NCBI GenBank assembly: GCA_016196885.1
Contig: JACPWU010000061.1
Coordinates: 1-12,365 of the forward strand
Origin: Chlamydiota bacterium
GTDB lineage: Bacteria; Auribacterota; JACPWU01
Reading direction: 5' to 3'
Length of the DNA stretch: 12,365 nt
The stretch's first letter is position 1. Each line of letters opens with the position of its first letter. Both the position numbers and the translations under genes were made by a program. The notes beneath the pieces were generated by a model. That model was not told the DNA's origin. It did not search any database and was given only the letters and a program-made list of their open reading frames with translations. Below are positions 1 through 7,656 of this stretch, one piece after another.

Positions 1-83
1 ATGACTTTCAGTCACAAAGGGGGATGAAAATCACCCTTGTAGTCGCCCCATTTATGGGGCTGCCCGATGAATCGGGCGACTAC
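1..83. repeat. Cluster of adjacent and nested palindromes (REP-like structured element), downstream of the minus-strand epimerase gene
   Basis: Read directly from the sequence. Weak hairpin TGAC(2-5)/GTCA(11-14). Hairpin AAGGGGGAT(17-25)/ATCACCCTT(30-38) with a GAAA loop and one mismatch. Outer stem GTAGTC(39-44)/GACTAC(78-83) encloses two perfect hairpins: GCCCCA(45-50)-TTTA-TGGGGC(55-60) and GCCCGAT(62-68)-GA-ATCGGGC(71-77). Only one copy is in the window, so membership of a repeat family is inference. Confidence 0.6.
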
Positions 84-142
84 AATTCATCATAACTTAT
101 TGTATAAGAATGAGTAAAGACTATTTTCAGATGAAATGCGGG

Positions 143-1132
143 CTAGCGCATTGCCAGCGACGGAACTTTTTTAGATACCTGACTCTGAATCCACCGATAC
201 GTTACTTCCAGCCCCTTTTCCAAAGACGTTCGAGGTTCCCATCCCAGGACCTGCCTCAATCGCGTATTATCGCTGTTTCTCCCTCTGACTCCCTGAGGCT
301 TTGTCAAATCATGGCGCTTCGCTATCTTTTTACCCGCAATGCGAGCCACGATATCCACCAATTCATCAATGGATACCAAGCGATCCGTCCCTAAATTCAA
401 AGGCTGATGATAGTCCGATTGCATCAAACGAAAAATCCCCTCCACACAATCATCCACATAACAATAAGACCGGGTCTGCAACCCATCCCCCCAAACCTCG
501 ATCTCGTCTTTCTCTTTCGCCATGGCCACTTTTCGACATATCGCGGCAGGAGATTTCTCTCGCCCGCCATCATAAGTCCCCAAAGGCCCATAAATATTAT
601 GAAAGCGGACCACATGAACATCCATTTTATAATCCTCTCCATAATATTGAGTCGCCATTTCCGCAAACAATTTTTCCCAACCATATCCAGGCTCTGCATC
701 CGCTGGGTAAGCATCTTCTTCCTTGAGAGGAGCCACATCCGCTTTTTTCTGCAAATATTGCGGATAAATACACGCGCTGCTCGTATAAAGATATTTTGAC
801 ACCTTCGCAAGGCGTGCAGCCTCTACCATATGTAAATTGATCAAGGCATTGTTTCTCAAAATGGGGGCATGATTTCCCGTGATATAACCAATCCCACCCA
901 TGTCGGCCGCCAATTGATAAACTTCATCCACCCCCTCACACGCTTCACGGCCATTTTCAAACTCTCTCAAATCCAAAATTCTAAAATCATCGGCCTGAGT
1001 TACTTCATATTCTGGTTTCTTAAGATCGGCCCCTCGAACCCAATAATTCCTCTTCTCTTTCAGATATCTCGTCAGATGATGACCAATAAACCCACCCGCT
1101 CCCGTAACCAATGCTTTTTTCACTTGAGACAT
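143..1132 (-). CDS. NAD-dependent sugar-nucleotide epimerase of the extended SDR family, GDP-mannose 3,5-epimerase-like
   Basis: 329-aa ORF. Rossmann motif VTGAGGFIGHH near the N-terminus and SDR YxxxK (YGWEK). Long collinear motifs match GDP-mannose 3,5-epimerase as I recall it: LAADMGGIGYI..NH, SSACIYP, RFHNIYGPLGT..GGREKSPAAICRK, WGDGLQTRS, GVRGRNSDN. SD-like AAAGGAGGGG lies just upstream of the ATG at 1132. The gene sits 34 nt downstream of carbamoyltransferase 1 on the same strand. Confidence 0.85.
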   Translation of the reverse strand: MSQVKKALVTGAGGFIGHHLTRYLKEKRNYWVRGADLKKPEYEVTQADDFRILDLREFENGREACEGVDEVYQLAADMGGIGYITGNHAPILRNNALINLHMVEAARLAKVSKYLYTSSACIYPQYLQKKADVAPLKEEDAYPADAEPGYGWEKLFAEMATQYYGEDYKMDVHVVRFHNIYGPLGTYDGGREKSPAAICRKVAMAKEKDEIEVWGDGLQTRSYCYVDDCVEGIFRLMQSDYHQPLNLGTDRLVSIDELVDIVARIAGKKIAKRHDLTKPQGVRGRNSDNTRLRQVLGWEPRTSLEKGLEVTYRWIQSQVSKKVPSLAMR

Positions 1133-1166
1133 AACCCCTCCTTTGAACCCTTGAACTTTTAAACCT

Positions 1167-2915
1167 TTAAACCCTCGAAATCATATACTTCCCCATAACC
1201 AACACATCCATCTTAGTGCGAAGCAAGCAATCTAAAGCCTCTTTGGGTTGACACACAATAGGTTCGTTTTCATTGAAAGAAGTATTGAGTAAAATGGGGA
1301 TGCCTGTCAACTCCTCAAACGTCTTAATCAACTTCCAATAAAGAGGATTGTCTTCTCTTCTCACCGTCTGAAGCCGTCCTGTCCCATCCACATGCGTTAC
1401 AGAAGGAATCAATGCTCGTTTATCGGATCGAACCGGATAAACCTTCAACATAAAAGGGTCCGGATAATCTTTCTCGAAATACTCTCCCACCTTTTCAAGG
1501 AGAATGGAAGGCGCAAAAGGTCGAAAAGGCTCTCGGCGCTTAATCCGAGCATTCAAAATATCTTTCATTTCAGGTCTACGGGGATCTGCTAAGATACTTC
1601 GATTTCCCAAGGCACGTGCGCCCCATTCCATAGGCCCCTGAAACCAACCTATGACTTTCCCATCTGCAATAGCCTGAGCTGTTAGCAGGCACAGTGAATT
1701 TTCATCCTCTATCTTTCGAACTTCACAACCATTTTTTTTCAATTCTTCATTCTTCACTTTTAATTCTTCATTGAGTTTGGCCTCGCTAAATTCCGGTCCC
1801 CAATAAGAATGATTCATTACAAACTGTCGAGGATAATCTAAAATTTGATGGTGCACATAAAAGGCCGCTCCTATGGCAGTACCAGAATCACCTGCCGCGG
1901 GTTGAATGTAAACCTCCTCAAAAGGCGTGCGGTCAAAAATTTTTCCATTGGCCACGCTGTTCATGGCACAACCTCCAGCGAGACACAATTTTTTCAATCC
2001 CGTCATTTTATGAACATAATTGAACACCTCAAAGTAAATTTCTTCAAAAATGGCCTGCAGTGAAGCTGCTATATCTTCATGTCGAGATGTTAAAGGTTCT
2101 CCCTTTTGACAAGCGGGTCCCAAAACCTCTTCCCACTTTTTAGAATACATCGTCCCAATCACAGGTTCCCCTCCATCCCAAGTCATGGGAACCCCCTCAT
2201 TGTGATGCCGAAAATAGCTCAAATCTAATTTTAAAGTTCCATTCTTCCACTGAACCATCTCACGCAGCCTACCTATATATGTGGGCCTTCCATAAGAAGC
2301 GAGGCCCATGACCTTGTATTCATCTCCATAATGAGGGAATCCCAAGAATTGAGTACCGGCCGTATAAAAAAATCCTAATGAATTTGGAAACTCTACGCTT
2401 CCAAATACTTGCAACTTATTTCCTCGTCCCAAAGCCCACATCGTACTCACATAATCTCCCAAGGCATCAATAGAAACGACGGCAGCCTCTTCAAAAGGGG
2501 AAACAAAAAAGGCACTTCCCATATGCGAGCGATGATGCTCCACATGATGGATCCCCGCCTTCACGCTATCCACCGGGACATTCAATTCTTGGCTCAATAT
2601 TTTCAAGACATCCCTGACACGAGAACGATTTTGAAGCCGATCTTTGAGATAGGAAACCTTCGGCTGATGTAAAAGAGTGAAAAAAACTTTCTTCCAGAAA
2701 TGGGCCTTTGGATCACGAGAAATAGCGATATGATCCACATCATTAAGAGAAATATTCGCGCGATGAAGACAAAATTGAATCGCCTCTCTGGGAAACCCAG
2801 CCCAGTGTTTCACACGTCTGAAACGCTCTTCCTCAACAGCGGCGATCAACCGGCCATCCAGTAAAATAGAGGCCGAGGCATCGGCGTGATAAGCATTTAT
2901 TCCTAAAATAACCAT
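1167..2915 (-). CDS. Carbamoyltransferase 1 (NodU/CmcH/TobZ family; Carbam_trans_N + Carbam_trans_C)
   Basis: 582-aa ORF. N-terminus MVILGINAYHADASA...EEERF.R.KH. His-rich metal motif HHVEHHRSH. Motif AAGDSGTAIGAAF. C-terminal motifs PFRPFAPS, VTHVDGTGRLQTV and LLNTSFNENEPIV are typical of this family. AGGAG lies upstream of the ATG at 2915. Confidence 0.9.
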   Translation of the reverse strand: MVILGINAYHADASASILLDGRLIAAVEEERFRRVKHWAGFPREAIQFCLHRANISLNDVDHIAISRDPKAHFWKKVFFTLLHQPKVSYLKDRLQNRSRVRDVLKILSQELNVPVDSVKAGIHHVEHHRSHMGSAFFVSPFEEAAVVSIDALGDYVSTMWALGRGNKLQVFGSVEFPNSLGFFYTAGTQFLGFPHYGDEYKVMGLASYGRPTYIGRLREMVQWKNGTLKLDLSYFRHHNEGVPMTWDGGEPVIGTMYSKKWEEVLGPACQKGEPLTSRHEDIAASLQAIFEEIYFEVFNYVHKMTGLKKLCLAGGCAMNSVANGKIFDRTPFEEVYIQPAAGDSGTAIGAAFYVHHQILDYPRQFVMNHSYWGPEFSEAKLNEELKVKNEELKKNGCEVRKIEDENSLCLLTAQAIADGKVIGWFQGPMEWGARALGNRSILADPRRPEMKDILNARIKRREPFRPFAPSILLEKVGEYFEKDYPDPFMLKVYPVRSDKRALIPSVTHVDGTGRLQTVRREDNPLYWKLIKTFEELTGIPILLNTSFNENEPIVCQPKEALDCLLRTKMDVLVMGKYMISRV

Positions 2916-2978
2916 GGGGTACGTCGCTCCTAAAATGATGACACAAGTACAAGCCCCACATCATAATATAAATATTTA

Positions 2979-3007
2979 TTGACAGTAAATAGTTTACTTA
3001 GTAAATT
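2979..3007 (+). promoter_or_regulatory. Sigma70-like promoter for the export operon, with overlapping palindromes in the spacer
   Basis: TTGACA (2979-2984), a 17-nt spacer, then TAAATT (3002-3007), about 90 nt upstream of the ATG at 3095 in the divergent intergenic region. AGTAAA(2984-2989)/TTTACT(2993-2998)/AGTAAA(3000-3005) form two overlapping inverted repeats across the spacer and -10. This is a sequence-only prediction. Confidence 0.45.
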
Positions 3008-3094
3008 GCTCTAAAATGGAGTGTGTTTCGTCTTACCGCACTGCTTGGCTTACACAGACGATCTGTTTTTAACCAACTAACGCAAGGGGGGAAT

Positions 3095-3574
3095 ATGAAG
3101 TTGAGACTTCGTGCAGTCAGCATCGTGATTTTCCTACTCACCGTTTTTATTTATGGCCCATCCAGTCACGCAGCAAATGTTCAAACAGGAAAGAAACCAC
3201 CCGAGATTGTTTATTTCTTTGGAAACATTGAGATTGTCTACCCTGATTCTCCTTCTATCACACTTCACACAGGGGATAAGCCTCCGATGATTGAAGCGGG
3301 AACCGTCATACGCGTGATCGACGGGAGTCTGAGCTTGAATGTCAACGACGATGTTCAAAGCTACAAGACCGGCGATGCCGTCCGGATCACCGAGACCAAT
3401 GGCAACTGGGTGGCTGCAGCCGCTTGGCCCAGCACCAGTCCCGCTTCTACCAATACAAATTTAAGCAATCCTTCTGATGATCAGAGCGAATCTGAAATCA
3501 TCCAGGAAGAGGAAACGGAAGAAACTCCAGCCGAAGAAGAAGAAGAAGAAGAAACTGAAGTCAGCCCGAGTTAA
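3095..3574 (+). CDS. Small secreted protein of unknown function with a Ser/Thr/Asn-rich linker and a poly-Glu C-terminal tail
   Basis: I prefer the ATG at 3095, preceded by AAGGGGGG (3084-3091), over the track's GTG at 3023. This start gives a classic signal peptide, MKLRLRAVSIVIFLLTVFIYGPSSHA|AN. The mature part is a roughly 90-aa predicted beta-rich domain. The tail is ...STSPASTNTNLSNPSDDQSESEIIQEEETEETPAEEEEEEETEVSPS. I recognise no family. Confidence 0.6.
   Translation: MKLRLRAVSIVIFLLTVFIYGPSSHAANVQTGKKPPEIVYFFGNIEIVYPDSPSITLHTGDKPPMIEAGTVIRVIDGSLSLNVNDDVQSYKTGDAVRITETNGNWVAAAAWPSTSPASTNTNLSNPSDDQSESEIIQEEETEETPAEEEEEEETEVSPS
3533..3553 (+). repeat. (GAA)7 trinucleotide repeat, in frame, encoding Glu7
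   Basis: Seven perfect GAA units were counted directly. 3533-3095 is divisible by 3, so the repeat reads as EEEEEEE in the tail of the secreted protein. Confidence 0.9.
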
Positions 3575-3629
3575 TGAGAAAATGATATCTCTGGTTTATC
3601 ATTCATTTAAAAAGACTAAAGGGGGGAAA

Positions 3630-4820
3630 ATGAAAAAGATTTTCAGCTTATGTTTTTCAGTTGCGACTTTGCTCTTTCCATTTTTGTCTTCTGCAGAAGT
3701 AACTTTCACTACACCACCACCTAAAGATAAAATTGCGGATGTTATCCATTGGGTTCATCCCCGATTGGACTTTACAACTCAATACGACGACAATCTTTTT
3801 CTAGAACCTGACGATGAGGTAGATGGCTTCGTTTTCACAACAAGTCCGGGATTGTCTATTGTCGTTCCTTTTGAGGGAGCTCAACATCTTTTCACTTTAG
3901 ACTACCAAGTTGACTTTCTCGCTTTCACGGAGGTTGACGACGAAAATTTTATTGCACACACCCTAAAAGGCAGTTTGGATTGGAATTTTCCGAAATTTCA
4001 CGTCAATACTTCCGACATTTTCCGCCGTACAGCCCTTCGATCAGACACGGAGTTCACCGATCGAATTGACCGTTACGAAAACAACTATGCCTTCAAAGTC
4101 GGAACCTCGGACTGGAACCGTCTCTCTTTCGAAGCCGGTTATGATCTTTACTTCACCTTTTACGACGACGACTCTCTGGAAGTGATTGACCATTACGAGC
4201 ATGTGATTCATGGCACAGGCTTTTACCGTCTTTTCACCAAGACAAAAGCCTTGTTAGACTACCGTCATGGCTTTCTCTCCTATCCGGATGATATCAATAA
4301 CCGAGACGGAGATTTTGATGAGGTGAGTGCTGGCGTCACGGGAGAACTTTTTACAAGAATGGTGGGAACCGCCAAAGTAGGATATCAAAATCGGGATTAC
4401 GACAATGGTCAAGATCTTTCAAGCGTTGTTGTGGACCTTTCCGCAACAGAATATTTCAGCGAGGCAACCGTTGTGACAGTTGCCTATCAAAGAGCTGCCA
4501 AAGAGTCTGTTTTCTTAGAAGACGACTTTTATCTTTCAGACAGCGTCTCTGCTACTTTGTTGCAGAAGCTCTTTTGGGGTCTAGATGGTAAATTAGGTTT
4601 TACCTATCAGAACAACGGCTATGGTCAAACGGAAGTCCTTGATGGCGCTACGGCCGAAAGAGACGATGATCTTTTTGGTGTTCTGGTTGGCTTGAGCTAC
4701 CCGATCCGGGAGTGGCTAAATACGAGTCTGGATTACAATTATTACGAGAGAGACTCTAACTTCGACTCCTTAGATTACACGGACAACCGAGTGATGTGGA
4801 AGATCTCAGCTAAGTATTAA
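3630..4820 (+). CDS. Outer-membrane beta-barrel protein associated with polysaccharide export (EpsL-like or porin partner of the OPX)
   Basis: The internal ATG at 3630 is preceded by AAAGGGGGG (3618-3626). It gives the signal peptide MKKIFSLCFSVATLLFPFLSSA|EV. The rest shows an alternating polar/hydrophobic strand pattern, is rich in D/Y/F/T, and has no hydrophobic helices. The C-terminus ...VMWKISAKY ends in an aromatic residue, as is usual for BAM substrates. The gene lies directly upstream of the OPX gene. Confidence 0.7.
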   Translation: MKKIFSLCFSVATLLFPFLSSAEVTFTTPPPKDKIADVIHWVHPRLDFTTQYDDNLFLEPDDEVDGFVFTTSPGLSIVVPFEGAQHLFTLDYQVDFLAFTEVDDENFIAHTLKGSLDWNFPKFHVNTSDIFRRTALRSDTEFTDRIDRYENNYAFKVGTSDWNRLSFEAGYDLYFTFYDDDSLEVIDHYEHVIHGTGFYRLFTKTKALLDYRHGFLSYPDDINNRDGDFDEVSAGVTGELFTRMVGTAKVGYQNRDYDNGQDLSSVVVDLSATEYFSEATVVTVAYQRAAKESVFLEDDFYLSDSVSATLLQKLFWGLDGKLGFTYQNNGYGQTEVLDGATAERDDDLFGVLVGLSYPIREWLNTSLDYNYYERDSNFDSLDYTDNRVMWKISAKY

Positions 4821-4866
4821 TCTTTTTACCTAAAGTAGAGTTCTTTTTTTGAATAAGGAGGCGCTT

Positions 4867-5694
4867 GTGAGGACCGTTATCTCAAGGTTCATCTTATTTC
4901 TTGTGTGTATTTTTGCCATCCATCCCCTTGTATACGCTTTAGAGGATTATACCATTGGGGTAGATGACGTCCTGGAAATCGTTGTTTATGATGAACCTGA
5001 TTTATCTGTTCAGACACGTGTCTCCTCTGATGGCTCTATCCATTATCCTCTTTTAGGTAAAGTAGAAGCCCAAGGTCTGAGCACTTCCCGATTACAAGCT
5101 GAACTCGCGGAAAGATTAGCTAAAGACTATCTTGTGAATCCCCAAGTCAACGTAGTAATCAAGGAATACACCAGTATTTATGTTGTTGGAGAGGTGAGAA
5201 ATCCAGGGCCTTACAAGCTAGCGGCTCACACAACTGTGATGGAAGCGATCTCTACAGCCGGGGGCTTGACTGATATTGGAGATGCCTCGAATATTGTCGT
5301 CATACGTAAAGAGGGGTCTTCGAAAAAAACGTTCTCTATCAACTTGTCCCAGGCAATCGAAAATGCTGATGATCTGGGTCAAATGGACATGTCTCTTCAG
5401 CCAAATGATGTTGTAAAGGTGAAAAAGCTGCAAAATATTAACATCTTGGGGGAAGTCAAATCTCCAGGCCAATATCCTCTGAAGGAAAATTTGACCGTCA
5501 TTGAAGCTATCACATTGGCCGGAGGCTTCACCAAGATTGCTTCTCCCAACCGAACGAGGGTTATACGAACAGAGAACGGAAAAAAGAAATCTATATCGGT
5601 CTCTGTGAATAAAATTCTGAAGAGCGGGGATAAAAAGAAAGATATTGTGTTAAAACCAAATGATATCATCATTGTACCAGAAAGTTTTTTATAA
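4867..5694 (+). CDS. Polysaccharide export protein, OPX/Wza family (Poly_export domain plus two SLBB domains), short form without a C-terminal helix
   Basis: Poly_export-type motif YTIGVDDVLEIVVYDEPDLS....VSSDGSIHYPLLGKVEAQGLSTSRLQAELAERLAKDYLVNPQVNVVIKEY. Two SLBB-like repeats follow (IYVVGEVRNPGPYKL..TTVMEAISTAGGLT and INILGEVKSPGQYPL..LTVIEAITLAGGFT). I prefer the GTG at 4867 with AAGGAGG (4855-4861) 5 nt upstream. The track's TTG at 4849 is the alternative start. Confidence 0.85.
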   Translation: MRTVISRFILFLVCIFAIHPLVYALEDYTIGVDDVLEIVVYDEPDLSVQTRVSSDGSIHYPLLGKVEAQGLSTSRLQAELAERLAKDYLVNPQVNVVIKEYTSIYVVGEVRNPGPYKLAAHTTVMEAISTAGGLTDIGDASNIVVIRKEGSSKKTFSINLSQAIENADDLGQMDMSLQPNDVVKVKKLQNINILGEVKSPGQYPLKENLTVIEAITLAGGFTKIASPNRTRVIRTENGKKKSISVSVNKILKSGDKKKDIVLKPNDIIIVPESFL

Positions 5695-5706
5695 AGGAAC
5701 TTTTTC

Positions 5707-7656
5707 ATGCCCGATCAGACTGAGCTTAGAAACAACAGAGACATTGATTCTCGAAAAGCTGATGTTGCAACGCCTTTGATATTGACAGATTATTTGAGAA
5801 TTATTTGGAAACGCAAATGGCTTTTTCTCTCCATTGTCATGACCACAGTATCCATCGCCACTGTCAAGACCTACTCTACGACTCCTCTTTATGATGCTTC
5901 TTGCAAAATCATGATTGAAAAAGAGCAAGATAAAATTCTCACTGTTCAAGATGTCTATCAAGCTTCATGGGACGGTGATTACATGAACACCCAGTACAAG
6001 ATTTTAACATCCAGAAGTTTCGCAAGGCGCATCTATGATGAGCTGAAGGTGGGGGAAACAGAGAAAACCAGTTTAGACGCTTTCATGTCCTCTTACAGGA
6101 TAGAGCCTGTCAGAGATACCAGAATCTCAAACATCACGGTGAGACATGCTGATCCGCAAAAAGCAGCTCTCTTTGCCGATACCATCGCGAACCTTTTTAT
6201 TGATCAAAATCTTGAGAGAAAGCTCGGAGCGACTCAACATGCGGTCAATTGGCTCTCTAAAGAGCTAGAGGAAATGCAAGAAAAGATCAATAAATCCGAA
6301 CAAGCTCTTGAAGAATATGTGAAGGCTAACAACATCGTGAGTCTCCCAAAAACTGATTTATCCGAGGACCAGTCCGTCACCTTTAGTTACTTTTCCCAAG
6401 AAAAAGTTAGGCTTGAAGAAGAACTCTCCAAACTAGAAAAGCGATACAAAGAAAAACATCCTAAAATCCTAAGAACAAAGGCGGAACTAGCCACTGTCAC
6501 AGAAAAGCTAGATGAAGAAATTTCCAATATCACAGACCTTCGACAAAAACAGGTTCAATATCGTGCACTTAAACGTGAAGTGGACGAGAATCAGCAACTC
6601 TTCAATGCCATGCTTAACCGTGTTAAAGAAACGGACTTACTCAAGGGACTGACTAAAAACAATATATCTATTGTGGATCGTGCAGAAGTACCCCAGAATC
6701 CTGCCTGGCCAAATAAGAAGAAAACCATTCTTCTTTCTTTTCTCCTGAGCTTCTTAGGAGCCATAGGCCTTGTGCTGCTGTTAGAAAATTTAGACACCTC
6801 TTTTCGGCACGATGAAGATGTGGAACGTACTTTGGGTCTTCCCGTTTTAGGACACATTCCTCTTTCTTCCGTTGTTCGAAAGGGAATGAGCGCTAAAGAG
6901 ATCGCTCTTACCTCCTTCACACATCCTAACTCAAATTTTGCAGAAGCATACAGGTACGTTCGAACGGGGATTTCATTTTCTGCTGTAGACAAACCTCATC
7001 CTGTTCTTCTCGTAACAAGCACACACCCTAAGGAAGGTAAAACCACGGAGGTCGTGAATTTAGGGGCGACAATGGCTGCAAATGGGGAAAAGGTTCTCAT
7101 CATCGATGCTGATATGAGAAGGCCGACACTGCATAAAATTTTACCATCCAAGAGTACCGGGAAGAAGCTTGGCTTAAGCAATTATCTTGTAGAAAATATC
7201 TCTGAAGATTCTGTCATCGGTCCTACTCAGATTCCCAATCTTTGGGTACTTAACTGTGGAGACGTCCCGCCCAATCCTTCAGAGATTCTCGGTTCTCAAA
7301 AAATGAGAAAGCTCCTAGAATGGACGAGAACTCACTTTCAAAGGGTCATCATTGACTCTCCTCCAGCAATGGCCGTAGCAGATTCCATTGTCCTTTCAGG
7401 CATGGTGGATGGCGTTGTTTACATCATCAAGGCGAACAAAACTTCACGCAAGACGGCCCTGCAATCCATTCAAAGACTTAGGGAAGCTCGATCCAGAATC
7501 CTTGGTATTGTCCTAAATCAAGTTACACCAAAAGGTTCTGGATATTACTATTACTATAATTATAAATACAATTATTATTCCCAGAATGGCGAACGACAAA
7601 AAGAAGCTGAGAAGACGCGAAGCATCGATGAAGTGGTTTCTTCACGCTCTTCCTAA
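5707..7656 (+). CDS. Polysaccharide co-polymerase fused to a bacterial tyrosine autokinase (Wzc-like: Wzz domain, coiled coil, GNVR region, BY-kinase)
   Basis: N-terminal Wzz-type segment LTDYLRIIWKRKWLFLSIVMTTVSIA (TM1). Long coiled coil, then a second TM after ISIVDRAEVPQNPAWPNKKK. Walker A-like STHPKEGKTT, Walker A' VLIIDADMRRP, Walker B VIIDSPP. The C-terminal Tyr cluster YYYYYNYKYNYY (7543-7578) has 9 Tyr in 12 residues. Confidence 0.9.
   Translation: MPDQTELRNNRDIDSRKADVATPLILTDYLRIIWKRKWLFLSIVMTTVSIATVKTYSTTPLYDASCKIMIEKEQDKILTVQDVYQASWDGDYMNTQYKILTSRSFARRIYDELKVGETEKTSLDAFMSSYRIEPVRDTRISNITVRHADPQKAALFADTIANLFIDQNLERKLGATQHAVNWLSKELEEMQEKINKSEQALEEYVKANNIVSLPKTDLSEDQSVTFSYFSQEKVRLEEELSKLEKRYKEKHPKILRTKAELATVTEKLDEEISNITDLRQKQVQYRALKREVDENQQLFNAMLNRVKETDLLKGLTKNNISIVDRAEVPQNPAWPNKKKTILLSFLLSFLGAIGLVLLLENLDTSFRHDEDVERTLGLPVLGHIPLSSVVRKGMSAKEIALTSFTHPNSNFAEAYRYVRTGISFSAVDKPHPVLLVTSTHPKEGKTTEVVNLGATMAANGEKVLIIDADMRRPTLHKILPSKSTGKKLGLSNYLVENISEDSVIGPTQIPNLWVLNCGDVPPNPSEILGSQKMRKLLEWTRTHFQRVIIDSPPAMAVADSIVLSGMVDGVVYIIKANKTSRKTALQSIQRLREARSRILGIVLNQVTPKGSGYYYYYNYKYNYYSQNGERQKEAEKTRSIDEVVSSRSS

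Noticed and set aside
110-1162. Track ORFs 110-394(+), 301-726(+), 407-799(+), 424-810(-) and 869-1162(+)
   Set aside because: All lie inside, antisense to, or out of frame with the strongly supported epimerase CDS (143-1132, minus). Their translations are low-complexity or Pro/His/Ser-rich with no recognisable motifs. They are shadow ORFs.
1133-1166. Short tandem duplications (CCTTTGAAC/CCTTGAAC and TTTTAAACC/TTTAAACC) between carbamoyltransferase 1 and the epimerase
   Set aside because: Each is only two copies of 8-9 nt in a 34-nt spacer that mainly provides the SD. I cannot support any function.
1392-2672. Plus-strand ORFs 1392-1592, 1845-2063 and 2409-2672
   Set aside because: They are antisense to carbamoyltransferase 1. 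They are shadow ORFs.
3037-3075. Stem TCGTCT...AGACGA followed by TCTGTTTTT in the 5' leader of the export operon, as a possible attenuator
   Set aside because: The stem is only 6 bp with a loop of about 22 nt, and the T-run is separated from the stem. This is too weak to call.
3023-3094. GTG 3023 as the start of the secreted protein
   Set aside because: It adds 24 residues in front of an otherwise perfect signal peptide and has no SD. ATG 3095 has AAGGGGGG upstream.
3095-3574. The secreted protein as a PEP-CTERM/exosortase substrate, and the locus as a PEP-CTERM EPS system
   Set aside because: The C-terminus is acidic and ends ...TEVSPS, with no PEP motif, no TM helix and no basic tail. 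No exosortase gene is in the window.
3477-3629. 51-codon N-terminal extension of the OMP ORF (MIRANLKSSRKRKRKKLQPKKKKKKKLK...)
   Set aside because: The poly-Lys run is simply the +1 frame of the GAA/GAG-rich acidic tail of the upstream gene. A signal peptide must be N-terminal, and ATG 3630 has a strong SD and a canonical signal peptide.
4849-4866. TTG 4849 as the start of the OPX gene
   Set aside because: The AAGGAGG at 4855-4861 would then lie inside the coding sequence, whereas it is ideally spaced for GTG 4867. This is not fully excluded, and the longer form would only add MNKEAL.
5218-7181. Minus-strand ORFs 5218-5472, 5397-5708, 5689-5961, 6591-6992 and 6996-7181
   Set aside because: They are antisense to the well-supported OPX and Wzc-like genes and have no motifs or SD sequences. 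They are typical shadow ORFs.
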